Source: Eledone cirrhosa (Eukaryota). Taken from it: DNA of 64,000 nucleotides. The notes under the pieces are model-generated. The model did not search any database. It was given only the letters and a program-made list of their open reading frames with translations, and was not told the origin of the DNA. A program made the position numbers and the translations under genes. Shown here in pieces: positions 1 to 14,500 of this stretch (positions are counted from its first letter, which is position 1; the number at the start of each line of letters is the position of its first letter). Where the stretch lies: NCBI GenBank assembly GCA_964016885.1, contig OZ024744.1, forward strand, positions 92,814,001 through 92,878,000. Direction: 5' to 3'.

Positions 1-760
1 CCTCTTGGTATCAGTCTCTTGGCATCAACCTCTTCTTATCAGCTTCTTCGCATCTACCTCTTGGTATCAACCTCATGGTAGCAGCCTCTTGGTATGAACC
101 TCTTGGTATCAGTCTCTTGGTATCAGCCACTTGGTATCTACCTCTTGGTATCAACCTCTTGGTATCAGTCTCTTGGTATCAGTCTCTTGGTATCAGTCTC
201 TTGGTATCAGTCTCTTGGTATCAGTTTCTTGGTATTAGTCTCTTGGTATCAGTCTCTTGGTATAAACCTCTTGGTATCAGTCATTGGTATCGACCTCTTG
301 GTATCTGCCTCTTGGTATCAACCTCTTGGTATCAGTCTCTTGGTATCAGTCTCTTGGTATCAGCCTCTTGGTATCAGTCTCTTGGTATCAGTCTCTTGGT
401 ATCAGTCTCTTGGTATCAGTCTCTTGGTATCAACCTCTTGGTATCAGTCTCTTGGTATTAGTCTCTTGGTATCAGTCTCTTGGTATCAGTCTCTTGGTAT
501 CAGTCTCTTGGTATCAGAATCTTGGTATCAGTCTCTTGGTATCAGTCTCTTGGTATCAGTCTCTTGGTATCAGTCTCTTGGTATCAGTCTCTTGGTATCA
601 GTCTCTTGGTATCAGTCTCTTGGTATCAGTCTCTTGGTATCACTCTCTTGGTATCAGTCTCTTGGTATCAACTTCTTGGTATCAGTCTATTGGTATCAGG
701 CTCTTGGTATCGACCTCTTGGTATCGACCTCTTGGTATCAACCTCTTGGTAGCAGCCTCT
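1..760. repeat. Higher-order block re-occurring at ~4884-5700
   Basis: The rare string GGCATCAACCTCTTCTTATCAGC(T/C)TCTTCGCATCTACC starts at 21 and 4904 (offset 4883 = 349x14-3, matching three intervening 1-bp deletions). Both copies share the downstream markers gtttcttggtattag, cagtcattgg, cagaatc and cactctc. Confidence 0.9.
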
Positions 761-2537
761 TGGTAACAGGTTCTTGGTATCAGTCTATTGGTATCAATCT
801 ATTGGTATAACCCATTTTGTATCAGTCTCTTGGTATCAACCTCTTGGTATCAGCCTCTTGGTATCAACCTCTTGGTATCAGTCTCTTGGTATCAACCTCT
901 TGGTATCAGCCTCTTCGTATCTACCTCTTGGTATCAACCTCATGGTAGCAGCCTCTTGGTATCAACCTCTTGGTATCTACCTCTTGGTATCAGCCACTTG
1001 GTATCAACCTCTTGGTATCAGCCTCTTGGTATCTACCACTTGGTATCAGTCTCTTGGTATCAGTCTCTTGGTATCAGTCTCTTGGTATCAGTCTCTTGGT
1101 ATCAACCTCTTGGTATCATTCTCTTGGTATCAGTCTCTTGGTATCAGTCTCTTGGTATCAACCTCTTGGTATCATTCTCTTGGTATCAACCTCTTGGTAT
1201 CAGCCTCTTGGTATCTACCTCTTGGTATCAACCTCTTGGTAGCAGCCTCTTGGTATCAGTCTCTTGGTATCAACCTCTTGGTATCAACCTCTTGGTATCA
1301 GTCTCTTGGTATCAGTCTCTTGGTATCAGTCTCTTGGTATCAGTCTCTTGGTATCAGTCTCTTGGTATCAGTCTCTTGGTATCAGTCTCTTGGTATCAGT
1401 CTCTTGGTATCAGTCATTGGTATCGACCTCTTGGTATCAGCCTCTTGGTATCAACCTCTTGGTATCAGTCTCTTGGTATCAGTCTCTTGGTATCAGTCTC
1501 TTGGTATCAGCCTCTTGGTATCAGTCTCTTGGTATCAGTCTCTTGGTATCAGTCTCTTGGTATCAGTCTCTTGGTATCAGTCTCTTGGTATCAGTCTCTT
1601 GGTATCAGCCTCTTGGTATCAGTCTCTTGGTATCAGTCTCTTGGTATCAGTCTCTTGGTATCAGTCTCTTGGTATCAGTCTCTTGGTATCAGTCTCTTGG
1701 TATCAACCTCTTGGTATCAACCTCTTGGTATCAGTCTCTTGGTATCAGTCTCTTGGTATCAGTCTCTTGGTATCAGTCTCTTGGTATCAGTCTCTTGGTA
1801 TCAGTCATTGGTATCGACCTCTTGGTATCAGCCACTTGGTATCAACCTCTTGGTATCAGTCTCTTGGTATCAGTCTCTTGGTATCAGTCTCTTGGTATCA
1901 GCCTCTTGGTATCAGTCTCTTGGTATCAGTCTCTTGGTATCAGTCTCTTGGTATCAGTCTCTTGGTATCAGTCTCTTGGTATCAACCCCTTGGTATCAGT
2001 CTCTTGGTATCAGTCTCTTGGTATCAGTCTCTTGGTATCAGCCTCTTGGTATCAGTCTCTTGGTATCAGTCTCTTGGTATCAGTCTCTTGGTATCAGTCT
2101 CTTGGTATCAACCTCTTGGTATCAGTCTCTTGGTATCAGTCTCTTGGTATCAACCTCTTGGTATCAGTCTCTTGGTATCAGTCTCTTGGTATCAGTCTCT
2201 TGGTATCACTCTCTTGGTATCAGTCTCTTGGTATCAACCTCTTGGTATCAGTCTATTGGTATCAGGCTCTTGGTATCGACCTCTTGGTATCGACCTCTTG
2301 GTATCAACCTCTTGGTAGCAGCCTCTTGGTATCAGGTTCTTGGTATCAGTCTATTGGTATCAATCTCTTGGTATAACCCATTTTGTATCAGTCTCTTGGT
2401 ATCAACCTCTTGGTATCAGCCTCTTCGTATCTACCTCTTGGTATCAACCTCATGGTAGCAGCCTCTTGGTATCAACCTCTTGGTATCTACCTCTTGGTAT
2501 CAGCCACTTGGTATCAACCTCTTGGTATCAGCCTCTT

Positions 2538-2677
2538 GGTATCAGTCTCTTGGTATCAGTCTCTTGGTATCAGTCTCTTGGTATCAGTCTCTTGGTATCA
2601 GTCTCTTGGTATCAGTCTCTTGGTATCAGTCTCTTGGTATCAGTCTCTTGGTATCAGTCTCTTGGTATCAGTCTCTT
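2538..2677. repeat. Run of 10 perfect consensus monomers (GGTATCAGTCTCTT)x10
   Basis: Read directly. It is an example of the homogeneous GT-allele runs that separate the variant cassettes. Confidence 0.9.
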
Positions 2678-5600
2678 GGTATCAACTTCTTGGTATCAGC
2701 CTCTTGGTATCAACCTCTTGGTATCTACCTCTTGGTATCAGTCTCTTGGTATCAGTCTCTTGGTATCAACCTCTTGGTATCAGTCTCTTGATATCAACCT
2801 CTTCGTATCAGCCTCTTCGTTTCTACCTCTTGGTATCAACCTCTTGGTAGCAGCCTCTTGGTATCAACCTATTGGTATCAGTCTCTTGGTATCAGCCACT
2901 TGGTATCAAACTCTTGGTATCAGTCTCTTGGTATCAGTCTCTTGGTATCAGTCTCTTGGTATCAACATCTTGGTATCAGTCTCTTGGTATCAACCTCTTG
3001 GTATCAGCCTCTTGGTATCTACCTCTTGGTATCAACCTCTTGGTAGCAGCCTCTTGGTATCAGTCTCTTGGTATCAGTCTCTTGGTATCAACCTCTTGGT
3101 ATCAGTCTCTTGGTATCAGTCTCTTGGTATCAGTCTCTTGGTATCAACCTCTTGGTATCAGTCTCTTGGTATCAGTCTCTTGGTATCAGTCTCTTGGTAT
3201 CAGTCTCTTGGTATCAGTCTCTTGGTATCAGTCTCTTGGTATCAGCCTCTTGGTATCTACCTCTTGGTATCAACTTCTTGGTAGCAGCCTCTTGGTATCA
3301 GTCTCTGGGTATCAACCTCTTGGTATCAGTCTCTTGGTATCAGTCTCTTGGTATCAGTCTCTTGGTATCAGTCTCTTGGTATCAACCTCTTGGTATCAAC
3401 CTCTTGGTATCAGTCCCTTGGTATCAGTCTCTTGGTATCAGTCTCTTGGTAAAAGTCTCTTGGTATCGGTCTCTTGGTATCAGTCTCTTGGTATCAGTCT
3501 CTTGGTATCAACCTCTTGGTATCATTCTCTTGGTATCAGTCTCTTGGTATCAGTCTCTTGGTATCAGTCTCTTGGTGTCAGTCTCTTGGTATCGACCTCT
3601 TGGCATCAGTCTCTTGGTATCAGTCTCTTGGTATCAACCTCTTGGTATCAGTCTTTTGGTATCAACATCTTGTTATCAGCCTCTTGGTATCTACCTCTTG
3701 GTATCAACCTCTTGGTAGCAGCCTCTTGGTATCAGTCCCTTGGTATCAGTCTCTTGGTATCAGTCTCTTGGTAAAAGTCTCTTGGTATCGGTCTCTTGGT
3801 ATCAGTCTCTTGGTATCAGTCTCTTGGTATCAGTCTCTTGGTATCAGTCTATTGGTATAAGTCTCTTGGTATCAGTCTCTTGGTATCAACCTCTTGGTAT
3901 CAACCTCTTGGTATCAGTCTCTTGGTATCAGTCTCGTGGTATCAGTCTCTTGGTGTCAGTCTCTTGGTATCGACATCTTGGTATCAGTCTCTTGGTATCA
4001 ACCTCTTGGTATCAGTCTCTTGGTATCAGTCTCTTGGTATCAGCCTCTTGGTATCAGTCTATTGGTATCAGTCTCTTGGTATCAGTCTCTTGGTATCAGT
4101 CTCTTGGTATCAGTCTCTTGGTATCAGTCTCTTGGTATCAGTCTCTTGGTATCAGTCTCTTGGTATCAACCTCTTGGTATCATTCTCTTGGTATCAGTCT
4201 CTTGGTATCAGTCTCTTGGTATCAGTCTCTTGGTGTCAGTCTCTTGGTATCGACCTCTTGGTATCAGCCTCTTGCTGTCAGTCTCTTGGTATCAGTCTCT
4301 TGGTATCAAGCTCTTGGTATCAGACTTTTGGTATCAGCCACTTGGTATCAACCTCTTGGTATCAACCTCTTGGTATCAGTCTCTTGGTATCAGTCTCTTA
4401 GTATCAACCTCTTGGTATCAGTCTCTTGGTATCAACATCTTGGTATCAGCCTCTTGGTATCAGCCTCTTGGTATCAACCTCTTGGTATCAACCTCTTGGT
4501 ATTAGCCTCTTGGTATCAGGTTCTTGGTATCAGGTTCTTGGTATCAGGTTCTTGGTATCAGCCTCTTGGTATCAACCTCTTGGTATCAACCTCTTGGTAT
4601 CAGCCTCTTGGTATCAGGTTCTTGGTATCGACCTCTTGGTATCGAACTCTTGGTATCAACCTCTTGGTAGCAGCCTCTTGGTATCAGGTTCTTGGTATAA
4701 CCCATTTGGTATCAGTCTCTTGATATCAACCTCTTGGTAGCAGCCTCTTGGTATCAGCTTCTTGGTATCAGCCTCTTGGTATCAACCTCTTGATATCAGA
4801 CTCTTGGTATCAGTCTCTTGGTATCAGTCTCTTGGTATCAGTCTCTTGGTATCAACCTCTTGGTATCAGCCTCTTGGTATCAACCTCTTGGTATCAGTCT
4901 CTTGGCATCAACCTCTTCTTATCAGCCTCTTCGCATCTACCTCTTGGTATCAACCTCATGGTAGCAGCCTCTTGGTATGAACCTCTTGGTATCAGTCTCT
5001 TGGTATCAGCCACTTGGTATCTACCTCTTGGTATCAACCTCTTGGTATCAGTCTCTTGGTATCAGTCTCTTGGTATCAGTCTCTTGGTATCAGTCTCTTG
5101 GTATCAGTCTCTTGGTATCAGTTTCTTGGTATTAGTCTCTTGGTATCAGTCTCTTGGTATAAACCTCTTGGTATCATTCTCTTGGTATCAGTCTCTTGGT
5201 ATCAGTCTCTTGGTATCAGTCTCTTGGTATCAGTCATTGGTATCGACCTCTTGGTATCTGCCTCTTGGTATCAACCTCTTGGTATCAGTCTCTTGGTATC
5301 AGTCTCTTGGTATCAGCCTCTTGGTATCAGTCTCTTGGTATCAGTCTCTTGGTATCAGTCTCTTGGTATCAGTCTCTTGGTATCAACCTCTTGGTATCAG
5401 TCTCTTGGTATTAGTCTCTTGGTATCAGTCTCTTGGTATCAGTCTCTTGGTATCAGTCTCTTGGTATCAGAATCTTGGTATCAGTCTCTTGGTATCAGTC
5501 TCTTGGTATCAGTCTCTTGGTATCAGTCTCTTGGTATCAGTCTCTTGGTATCAGTCTCTTGGTATCAGTCTCTTGGTATCAGTCTCTTGGTATCACTCTC

Positions 5601-8600
5601 TTGGTATCTATCTCTTGGTATCAACCTCTTGGTATCAGTCTATTGGTATCAGGCTCTTGGTATCGACCTCTTGGTATCGACCTCTTGGTATCAACCTCTT
5701 GGTATCAGCCTCTTGGTATCAACCTCTTGGTATCAGTCTCTTGGTATCAACCTCTTGGTATCAGCCTCTTCGTATCTACCTCTTGGTATCAACCTCATGG
5801 TAGCAGCCTCTTGGTATCAACCTCTTGGTATCTACCTCTTGGTATCAGCCACTTGGTATCAACCTCTTGGTATCAGCCTCTTGGTATCTACCACTTGGTA
5901 TCAGTCTCTTGGTATCAGTCTCTTGGTATCAGTCTCTTGGTATCAGTCTCTTGATATCAGTCTCTTGGTATCAACTTCTTGGTATCAGCCTCTTGGAATC
6001 AACCTCTTTGTATCAGTCTCTTGGTATCAACCTCTTCGTATCAGCCTCTTCGTATCTACCTCTTGGTATCAACCTCTTGGTAGCAGCCTCTTGGTATCTA
6101 CCTCTTGGTATCAGTCTCTTGGTATCAGCCACTTGGTATCAAACTCTTGGTATCAGTCTCTTGGTATCAGTCTCTTGGTATCAGTCTCTTGGTATCAACC
6201 TCTTGGTATCATTCTCTTGGTATCAACTTCTTGGTATCAGCCTCTTGGTATCTACCTCTTGGTATCAACCTCTTGGTAGCAGCCTCTTGGTATCAGTCTC
6301 TTGGTATCAACCTCTTGGTATCAACCTCTTGGTATCAGTCTCTTGGTATCAGTCTCTTGGTATCAGTCTCTTGGTATCAACCTCTTGGTATCAGTCTCTT
6401 GGTATCAGTCTCTTGGTATCAACCTCTTGGTATCAGTCTCTTGGTATCAACCTCTTGGTAGCAGCCTCTTGGTATCAGTCTCTGGGTATCAACCTCTTGG
6501 TATCAGTCTCTTGGTATCAGTCTCTTGGTATCAGTCTCTTGGTATCAGTCTCTTGGTATCAGTATCTTGGTATCTGTCTCTCGGTATCAACCTCTTCGTA
6601 TCAGCGTCTTCGTATCTACCTCTTGGTATCAACCTCTTTGTAGCAGCCTCTTGGTATCAAGCTCTTGGTATCAGTCTCTTGGTATCAGCCATTTGGTATC
6701 AACCTCTTGGTATCAACCTCTTGGTATCAGTCTCTTGGTATCAGTCTCTTGGTATCAACCTCTTGGTATCAGTCTTTTGGTATCAACATCTTGTTATCAG
6801 CCTCTTGGTATCTACCTCTTGGTATCAACCTCGTGGTAGCAGCCTCTTGGTATCAGTCTCTTGGTATCAACCTCTTGGTATCAGTCTCTTGGTATCAGTC
6901 TCTTGGTATCAACCTCTTGGTATCAGTCTCTTGGTATCAGTCTCTTGGTATCAGTCTCTTGGTATCAGTCTCTTGGTATCAGTCTCTTGGTATCAACCTC
7001 TTGGTATCAGTCTCTTGGTATCAGTCTCTTGGTATCAGTCTATTGGTATTGGTCTCTTGGAATCAGTCTCTTGGTATCAACCTCTTGGTATCAACCTCTT
7101 GGTATCAGTCTCTTGGTATCAGTCTCTTGGTATCAGTCTCTTGGTGTCGGTCTCTTGGTATCGACCTCTTGGTATCAGCCTCTTGGTATCAACCTCTTGG
7201 TATCAGTCTCTTGGTATCAGTCTCTTGGTATCAGTCTCTTGGTATCAGCCTCTTGGTATCAGTCTATTGGTATCAGTCTCTTGGTATCAGTCTCTTGGTA
7301 TCAGTCTCTTGGTATCAGTCTCTTGGTATCAGTCTCTTGGTATCAGTCTCATGGTATCAGTCTCTTGGTATCAGTCTCTTGGTATCAGTCTCTTGGTATC
7401 AGTCTCTTGGTATCAACCTCTTGGTATGAGTCTCTTGCTATCAGTCTCTTGGTATCAGTCTCTTGGTATCAGTCTCTTGGTGTCAGTCTCTTGGCATCGA
7501 CCTCTTGGTATCAGCCTCTTGGTATCAGTCTCTTGGTATCAGTCTCTTGGTATCAAGCTCTTGGTATCAGACTTTTGGTATCAGCCACTTGGTATCAACC
7601 TCTTGTTATCAACCTCTTGGTATCAGTCTCTTGGTATCAGTCTCTTGGTATCTACCTCTTGGTATCAGTCTCTTGGTATCAACCTCTTGGTATCAACCTC
7701 TTAGTATCAACCTCTTGGTATCAAGCTCTTGGTATCAGCCACTTGGTATCAGTCTATTGGTATCAACCTATCGGTATCAGCCTCTTGGTATCAACCTCTT
7801 GTTATCAGCCTCCTGGTACTAGACTATTGGTATCAGCCTCTTGGTATCAGCCTCTTGGTCGCAGCCTCTTTGTATCAGCCTCTTGGTATCAGCCTCTGGG
7901 TATCAGTCTATTGGTATCAACCTCTTGGTATCAGCCTCTTGGTATCAACCTCTTGGTATCAGCCTCTTGGTATCAACCTATTGGTATCAGCCTCTTGGTA
8001 TCTACATCTTGGTATCAGCCTCTTGGTATCAGTCTCTTGGTATCAATCTCTTGGTATCAGCCTCTTGGTATCAGTCTCTTGGTATCAGTCTCTTGATATC
8101 AACCTCTTGGTATCAGTCTCTTGGTATCGACCTCTTGGTATCAACCTCTTGGTATAAACCTCTTGGTATCAACCTCTTGGTATCAGCCTCTTGGTATCAA
8201 CCTCTTGGTATCAACCTCTTGGTATCAGTCTCTTGGTATCAGTCTCTTGGTATCAACCTCTTGGTATCAGCCTCTTGATATCAACCTGTTGGTATCAACC
8301 TCATGGTACTAGCCTCTTGGTACCAGCCTCTTGATATCTACCTCTTGGTATCAGCCTCTTGGTATCAGTCTCTTGGTATCAGTCTCTTGGTATCAACCAA
8401 TTTGTATCAACCTCTTGGTATCAGTCACTTGGTATCAGTCTATTGGTATCAGTCTATTGGTAGCAGCCTCTTGGTATCAACCTCTTGGTATCAGTCTCTT
8501 GATATCAACCCCTTGGTATCAGCCTATTGGTATCAGTCTATTGGTATCAGTCTCTTGTTATCAGTCTCTTGGTATCGACCTCTTGATATCGACATCTTGG

Positions 8601-9920
8601 TATCAACCTCTTGGTAGCAGCCTCTTGGTATCAGGTTCTTGTTATCAGTCTATTGGTATCAGGCTGTTGGTATAACCCATTTGGTATCAGTCTCTTGATA
8701 TCAACCTCTTGGTAGCAGCTTCTTGGTATCAACCTCTTGGTAACAGTCTCTTGGTATCAACCTCTTGGTATCAGCCTCTTGGTATCAGTCTCTTGGTATC
8801 AGTCTCTTGGTATCAACCTCTTGGTATCAGTCTCTTGGTATCAACATCTTGGGATCAGCCTCTTGGTATCTACCTCTTGGTATCAACCTCTTGGTAGCAG
8901 CCTCTTGGTATCAGTCTCTAGGTATCAGTCTCTTGGTATCTGTCTCTTGGTATCAGTCTCTTGGTATCAACCTCTTGGTATCAGTCTCTTGGTATCAGTC
9001 TCTAGGTATCAGTCTCTTGGTATCTGTCTCTTGGTATCAGTCTCTTGGTATCAACCTCTTGGTATGAGTCTCTTGGTATCAGTCTCTTGGTATCAGTCTC
9101 TTGGTATCAGTCTCTTCGTGTCAGTCTCTTGGTATCGACCTCTTGGTATCAGCCTCTTTGTATCAACCTCTTGGTATCAACATCTTGGTATCAACCCCTT
9201 GGAATCAGTCTCTTGGTATCAGTCTCTTGGTATCAGTCTCTTGGTATCAGTCTCTTGGTATCAGTCTCTTGGTATCAGTCTCTTGGTATCAGCCTCTTGG
9301 TATCAACCTCTTGGTATCAGTCTCTTGGTATCGACCTCTTGGTATCAACCTCTTGGTATCAGTCTCTTGGTATCAGTCTCTTGGTATCTGTCTCTTGGTA
9401 TCAGTCTCTTGGTATCAGTCTCTTGGTATCAACATTTGGTATCAGCTACATGGTACCAACCTCTTGGTATCAGCTTCTCGGTATCAACATCTTGGTATCA
9501 GCCTCTTGGTATCAGCCACATGGTATCAACCTCTTGGTATCAGTCTATAGGTATCAGTCTCTTGGTATCAACCTCTTGGTATAAGTCTCTTGGCATCAAC
9601 CTCTTGGTGTCAGTCTCTTGATATCAACCTCTTGGTATCAACCTCTTGGTATCAACCTCTTGGTATCAAGCTCTTGTTATCCGCCACTTGGTATCAGCCT
9701 CATGGTACTAGACTCTTGGTATCAGCCTCTTGGTATCAGCCTCTTGGTCGCAGCCTCTTGGTATCAGCCTCTTGGTATCAGCCTCTGGGTATCAGTCTAT
9801 TGGTATCAACCTATTGGTATCAGCCTCTTGGTATCAACCTCTTGGTATCAGTCTATTGGTATCATTCTCTTGGTATCAAATTCTTGGTATAAGTCTCTTG
9901 GCATCAACCTCTTGGTATCA

Positions 9921-11520
9921 GTCTCTTGATATCAACCTCTTGGTATCAACCTCTTGGTATCAACCTCTTGGTATCAACCTCTTGGTATCAGCCACTTGGT
10001 ATCAGTCTATTGGTATCAACCTATTGGTATCAGCCTCTTGGTATCAACCTCTTGGTATCAGCCTCATGGTACTAGACTCTTGGTATCAGCCTCTTGGTAT
10101 GAGCCTCTTGGTCGCAGCCTCTTTGTATCAGCCTCTTGGTATTAGCCTCTGGGTATCAGTCTATTGGTATCAACCTCTTGGTATCAGCCTCTTGGTATCA
10201 ACCTCTTGGTATCAGCCTCTTGGTATCAGCCTCTTGATAGCAGCCTCTTGGTATCAGTATATTGGTATCAACCTATTGGTATCAGCCTCTTAGTATCAAC
10301 CTCTTGGTATCAGCCTCTTGGTATCAGCCTCTTGGTATCAACCTCTTGGTATCAGCCTCTTGGTATCAGTCTCTTGGTATCAATCTCTTGGTATCAGCCT
10401 CTTGGTATCAGTCCCTTGTTATCAGTCTCTTGATATCAACCTCTTGGTATCAGTCTCTTGGTATCGACCTCTTGGTATCAACCTCTTGGTATCAACCTCT
10501 TGGTATCAACCTCTTGGTATCAGCGTCTTGGTATCAACCTCTTGGTATCAACCTCTTGGTATCAGTCTCTTGGTAACAGTCTCTTGGTATCAACCTCTTG
10601 GTATCAGCCTCTTGATATCAACCTCTTGGTATCAACCTCATGGTACTAGCCTCTTGGTACCAGCCTCTTGATATCTACCTCTTGGTATCAGTCTCTTGAT
10701 ATCAACCTCTTGGTATCAACCTCTTGGTATCAACCTCTTGGTATCAACCTCTTGGTATCAGCCACTTGGTATCAGTCTATTGGTATCAACCTATTGGTAT
10801 CAGCCTCTTGGTATCAACCTCTTAGTATCAGCCTCATGGTACTAGACTCTTGGTATCAGCCTCTTGGTATAGCCTCTTGGTCGCAACCTCTTTGTATCAG
10901 CCTCTTGGTATTAGCCTCTGGGTATCAGTCTATTGGTATCAACCTCTTGGTATCAGCCTCTTGGTATCAACCTCTTGGTATCAGCCTCTAGGTATCAGCC
11001 TCTTGATAGCAGCCTCTTGGTATCAGTATATTGGTATCAACCTATTGGTATCAGCCTCTTAGTATCAACCTCTTGGTATCAGCCTCTTGGTATCAGCCTC
11101 TTGGTATCAACCTCTTGGTAGCAGCCTCTTGGTATCAGTCTATTGGTATCAATCTCTTGGTATCAGTCTATTGGTATCAACCTCTTGGTATCAGCCTCTT
11201 GGTATCAGTCTCTTGGTATCAATCTCTTGGTATCAGCCTCTTGGTATCAGTCCCTTGTTATCAGTCTCTTGATATCAACCTCTTGGTATCAGTCTCTTGG
11301 TATCGACCTCTTGGTATCAACCTCTTGGTATCAACCTCTTGGTATCAACCTCTTGGTATCAGCGTCTTGGTATCAACCTCTTGGTATCAACCTCTTGGTA
11401 TCAGTCTCTTGGTATCAGTCTCTTGGTATCAACCTCTTGGTATCAGCCTCTTGATATCAACCTCTTGGTATCAACCTCATGGTACTAGCCTCTTGGTACC
11501 AGCCTCTTGATATCTACCTC
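9921..11520. repeat. Imperfect tandem duplication, offset 770-839 bp (55-60 monomers)
   Basis: The same start string occurs at 9921 and 10691 (770 = 55x14). Near-identical ORF translations at 10458 and 11297 are offset 839 = 60x14-1. Both copies share the markers tattagcctctggg, ttgatagcag, cagtatattgg, gtcccttgtt and cagcgtc. Confidence 0.85.
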
Positions 11521-11599
11521 TTGGTATCAGCCTCTTGGTATCGACCTCTTGTTATCAGTCTCTTGGTATCAGTCTCTTGGTATCAGTCTCTTGGTATCA

Positions 11600-14500
11600 G
11601 CCTCTTGGTATCAGTCTATTGGTATCAGTCTCTTGGTATCAGTCTCTTGGTATCAGTCTCTTGGTATCAGTCTCTTGGTATCAGTCTCTTGGTATCAACC
11701 TCTTGGTATCAGTCTCTTGGTATCAGTCTCTTGGTATCAACCTCTTGGTATGAGTCTCTTGCTATCAGTCTCTTGGTATCAGTCTCTTGGTATCAGTCTC
11801 TTGGTGTCAGTCTCTTGGTATCGACCTCTTGGTACCAGCCTCTTGGTATCAGTCTCTTGGTATCAGTCTCTTGGTATCAAGCTCTTGGTATCAGACTTTT
11901 GGTATCAGCCACTTGGTATCAACCTCTTGTTATCAACCTCTTGGTATCAGTCTCCTGGTATCAGTCTCTTGGTATCAACCTCTTGGTATCAGTCTCTTGG
12001 TATCAACATCTTGGTATCAACCTCTTGGTATCAACCTCTTAGTATCAACCTCTTGGTATCAAGCTCTTGGTATCAGCCACTTGGTATCAATCTATTGGTA
12101 TCAACCTATTGGTATCAGCCTCTTGGTATCAACCTCTTGGTATCAGCCTCATGGTACTAGATTTTGGTATCAGCCTCTTGGTATCAGCCTCTTGGTCGCA
12201 GCCTCTTTGTATCAGCCTCTTGGTATCAGCCTCTGGGTATCAGTCTATTGGTATCAACCTCTTGGTATCAGCCTCTTGTTATTAACCTCTTGGTATCAGC
12301 CTCCTGGTATCAGCCTCTTGGTAGCAGCCTCTTGGTATCAGTATATTGGTATCAACCTATTGGTATCAGTCTCTTGGTATCTACCTCTTGGTATCAGCCT
12401 CTTGGTATCAGCCTCTTGCTATCAACCTCTTGGTAGCAGCCTCTTGGTATCAGTCTATTTGTATCAATCTCTTGGTATCAGTCTATTGGTATCAACCTCT
12501 TGGTATCAGCCTCTTGGTATCAGTCTCTTGGTATCAATCTCTTGGTATCAGCCTCTTGGTATCAGTCTCTTGGTATCAGTCTCTTGATATCAACCTCTTG
12601 GTATCAGTCTCTTGGTATCGACCTCTTGGTATCAACCTCTTGGTATAAACCTCTTGGTATCAACCTCTTGGTATCAGCCTCTTGGTATCAACCTCTTGGT
12701 ATCAACCTCTTGGTATCAGTCTCTTGGTATCAGTCTCTTGGTATCAACCTCTTGGTATCAGCCTCTTGATATCAACCTGTTGGTATCAACCTCATGGTAC
12801 TAGCCTCTTGGTACCAGCCTCTTGATATCTACCTCTTGGTATCAGCCTCTTGGTATCAGTCTCTTGGTATCAACCATTTGGTATCAACCTCTTGGTAGCA
12901 GCCTCTTGGTATCAGGTTCTTGTTATCAGTCTATTGGTATCAGGCTGTTGGTATAACCCATTTGGTATCAGTCTCTTGATATCAACCTCTTGGTATCAGT
13001 CTATTGGTATCAGTCTCTTGGTATCAGTCTATTGGTATCAGTCTCTTGGAATCAGTCTCTTGGTATCAACCTCTTGGTATCAACCTCTTGGTATCAGTCT
13101 CTTGGTATCAGTCTCTTGGTATCAGTCTCTTGGTGTCAGTCTCTTGGTATCGACCTCTTGGTATCAGCCTCTTGGTTTCAACCTCTTGGTATCAGTCTCT
13201 TGGTATCAGTCTCTTGGTATCAGTCTCTTGGTATCAGCCTCTTGGTATCAGTCTATTGGTATCAGTCTCTTGGTATCAGTCTCTTGGTATCAGTCTCTTG
13301 GTATCAGTCTCTTGGTATCAGTCTCTTGGTATCAGTCTCTTGGTATCAACCTCTTGGTATCAGTCTCTTGGTATCAGTCTCTTGGTATCAACCTCTTGGT
13401 ATGAGTCTCTTGCTATCAGTCTCTTGATATCAGTCTCTTGGTATCAGTCTCTTGGTGTCAGTCTCTTGGTATCGACCTCTTGGTATCAGCCTCTTGGTAT
13501 CAGTCTCTTGGTATCAGTCTCTTGGTATCAAGCTCTTGGTATCAGACTTTTGGTATCAGCCACTTGGTATCAACCTCTTGTTATCAAACTCTTGGTATCA
13601 GTCTCTTGGTATCAGTCTCTTGGTATCTACCTCTTGGTATCAGTCTCTTGGTATCAACATCTTGGTATCAACCTCTTGGTATCAACCTCTTAGTATCAAC
13701 CTCTTGGTATCAAGCTCTTGGTATCAGCCACTTGGTATCAGTCTATTGGTATCAACCTATCGGTATCAGCCTCTTGGTATCAACCTCTTGGTATCAGCCT
13801 CATGGTACTAGACTTTTGGTATCAGCCTCTTGGTATCAGCCTCTTGGTCGCAGCCTCTTTGTATCAGCCTCTTGGTATCAGCCTCTGGGTATCAGTCTAT
13901 TGGTATCAACCTCTTGGTATCAGCCTCTTGGTATCAACCTCTTGGTATCAGCCTCTTGGTATCAACCTATTGGTATCAGCCTCTTGGTATCTACATCTTG
14001 GTATCAGCCTCTTGGTATCAGTCTATTGGTATCAACCTCTTGGTATCAGCCTCTTGGTATCAGTCTCTTGGTATCAATCTCTTGGTATCAGCCTCTTGGT
14101 ATCAGTCTCTTGGTATCAGTCTCTTGATATCAACCTCTTGGTATCAGTCTCTTGGTATCGACCTCTTGGTATCAACCTCTTGGTATAAACCTCTTGGTAT
14201 CAACCTCTTGGTATCAGCCTCTTGGTATCAACCTCTTGGTATCAACCTCTTGGTATCAGTCTCTTGGTATCAGTCTCTTGGTATCAACCTCTTGGTATCA
14301 GCCTCTTGATATCAACCTGTTGGTATCAACCTCATGGTACTAGCCTCTTGGTACCAGCCTCTTGATATCTACCTCTTGGTATCAGCCTCTTGGTATCAGT
14401 CTCTTGGTATCAGTCTCTTGGTATCAACCATTTGGTATCAACCTCTTGGTATCAGTCACTTGGTATCAGTCTATTGGTATCAGTCTATTGGTATCAGGCT

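Noticed and set aside
8660-8690. TATAA / TAACCC in ggtataacccatttgg as a TATA box or telomeric seed
   Set aside because: It is an in-phase substitution variant of the monomer, propagated with cassette W2. It is a single hexamer with no tandem TAACCC and no downstream gene.
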